DNA of 64,000 nt from Bispira polyomma (taxonomy: Eukaryota), in NCBI GenBank assembly GCA_965649765.1, contig OZ287748.1, positions 34,782,001 to 34,846,000 of the forward strand, read 5' to 3'. The notes under the pieces are model-generated. The model saw only the letters and a program-made list of their open reading frames with translations, ran no database searches and was not told the origin of the DNA. Below are positions 63,496 through 64,000 of this stretch, piece after piece. The stretch's first letter is position 1, and the number at the start of each line of letters is the position of its first letter. The position numbers were made by a program, and so were the translations under genes.

Positions 63496-64000
63496 AGAAA
63501 AAACATGCTATTCATCTTATTCCAAACAACTGGTAATTACAGTGTTGGGTTTCAAATATCAAACTAAACACCGCCTAATTTGTGTAACTATATTCAAAGG
63601 GACACGACCTCATTAGTGCTGTGATAAATTGCTGCTTTCTACTAGTTTTCAAATAGGCTACTCTGCTTAATTTGTATCCTTTATTGGTACATTCCTCCTT
63701 ATCCGAATATATTTTACAAACATGTCATCTTATTTAAGCAGCATTTTTTTATACATCTTACTTGAAGAAAATGCTATAAAGAATACAAAAATAACTACAG
63801 AAAGCTACTTGGCTAAATCACAAGTCATCATCAGTTTCTTTCATCAAATATCAAAGGAGTCATTTGTCATTTTTGTATCCATAGCAACTAGCCCAGAATA
63901 TTTGATCTATATATACCACATGACATTGAATACAGTATCTATGTTAAATCTACATTATTCACAAACTTATATGAGGCCACCTTAAGATTTGAGACAAACT

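Overview
AT-rich animal genomic DNA, probably a lophotrochozoan invertebrate (inferred from the SINE, LINE and GPCR types), with one assembly gap at 42296-42438. The only clear host gene is a single-exon class A peptide-type GPCR (44682-46019, +). The window is dominated by tyrosine-recombinase (YR) retrotransposons of the DIRS order with split direct repeats (Ngaro/PAT type). E1 (<1-~1060, +) shows only its YR end. E2 (18730-22691, +) is internally deleted. E3 (~22692-26800, -) is decayed. E4 (56081-63495, +) is near complete, with layout A1-gag-pol-YR-B1-A2-C1-B2-A3-C2-B3. Two orphan terminal modules also occur. Other content: L2-like LINE fragments, tRNA-derived SINEs, MITEs, a minisatellite and two old non-coding duplications. 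Comparing the elements by eye suggests a hidden expression programme: a 5'-UTR intron, a phase-matched splice fusing the N-half of Gag to the recombinase, a -1 slippery site joining gag to pol, a CRE-like cluster inside RT, and a second promoter-to-polyA unit (A2-C-B2) whose spacer folds into a multibranch RNA carrying five GGAAU/GAAU-containing hairpins. All alignments and folds were done by eye and need computational confirmation.
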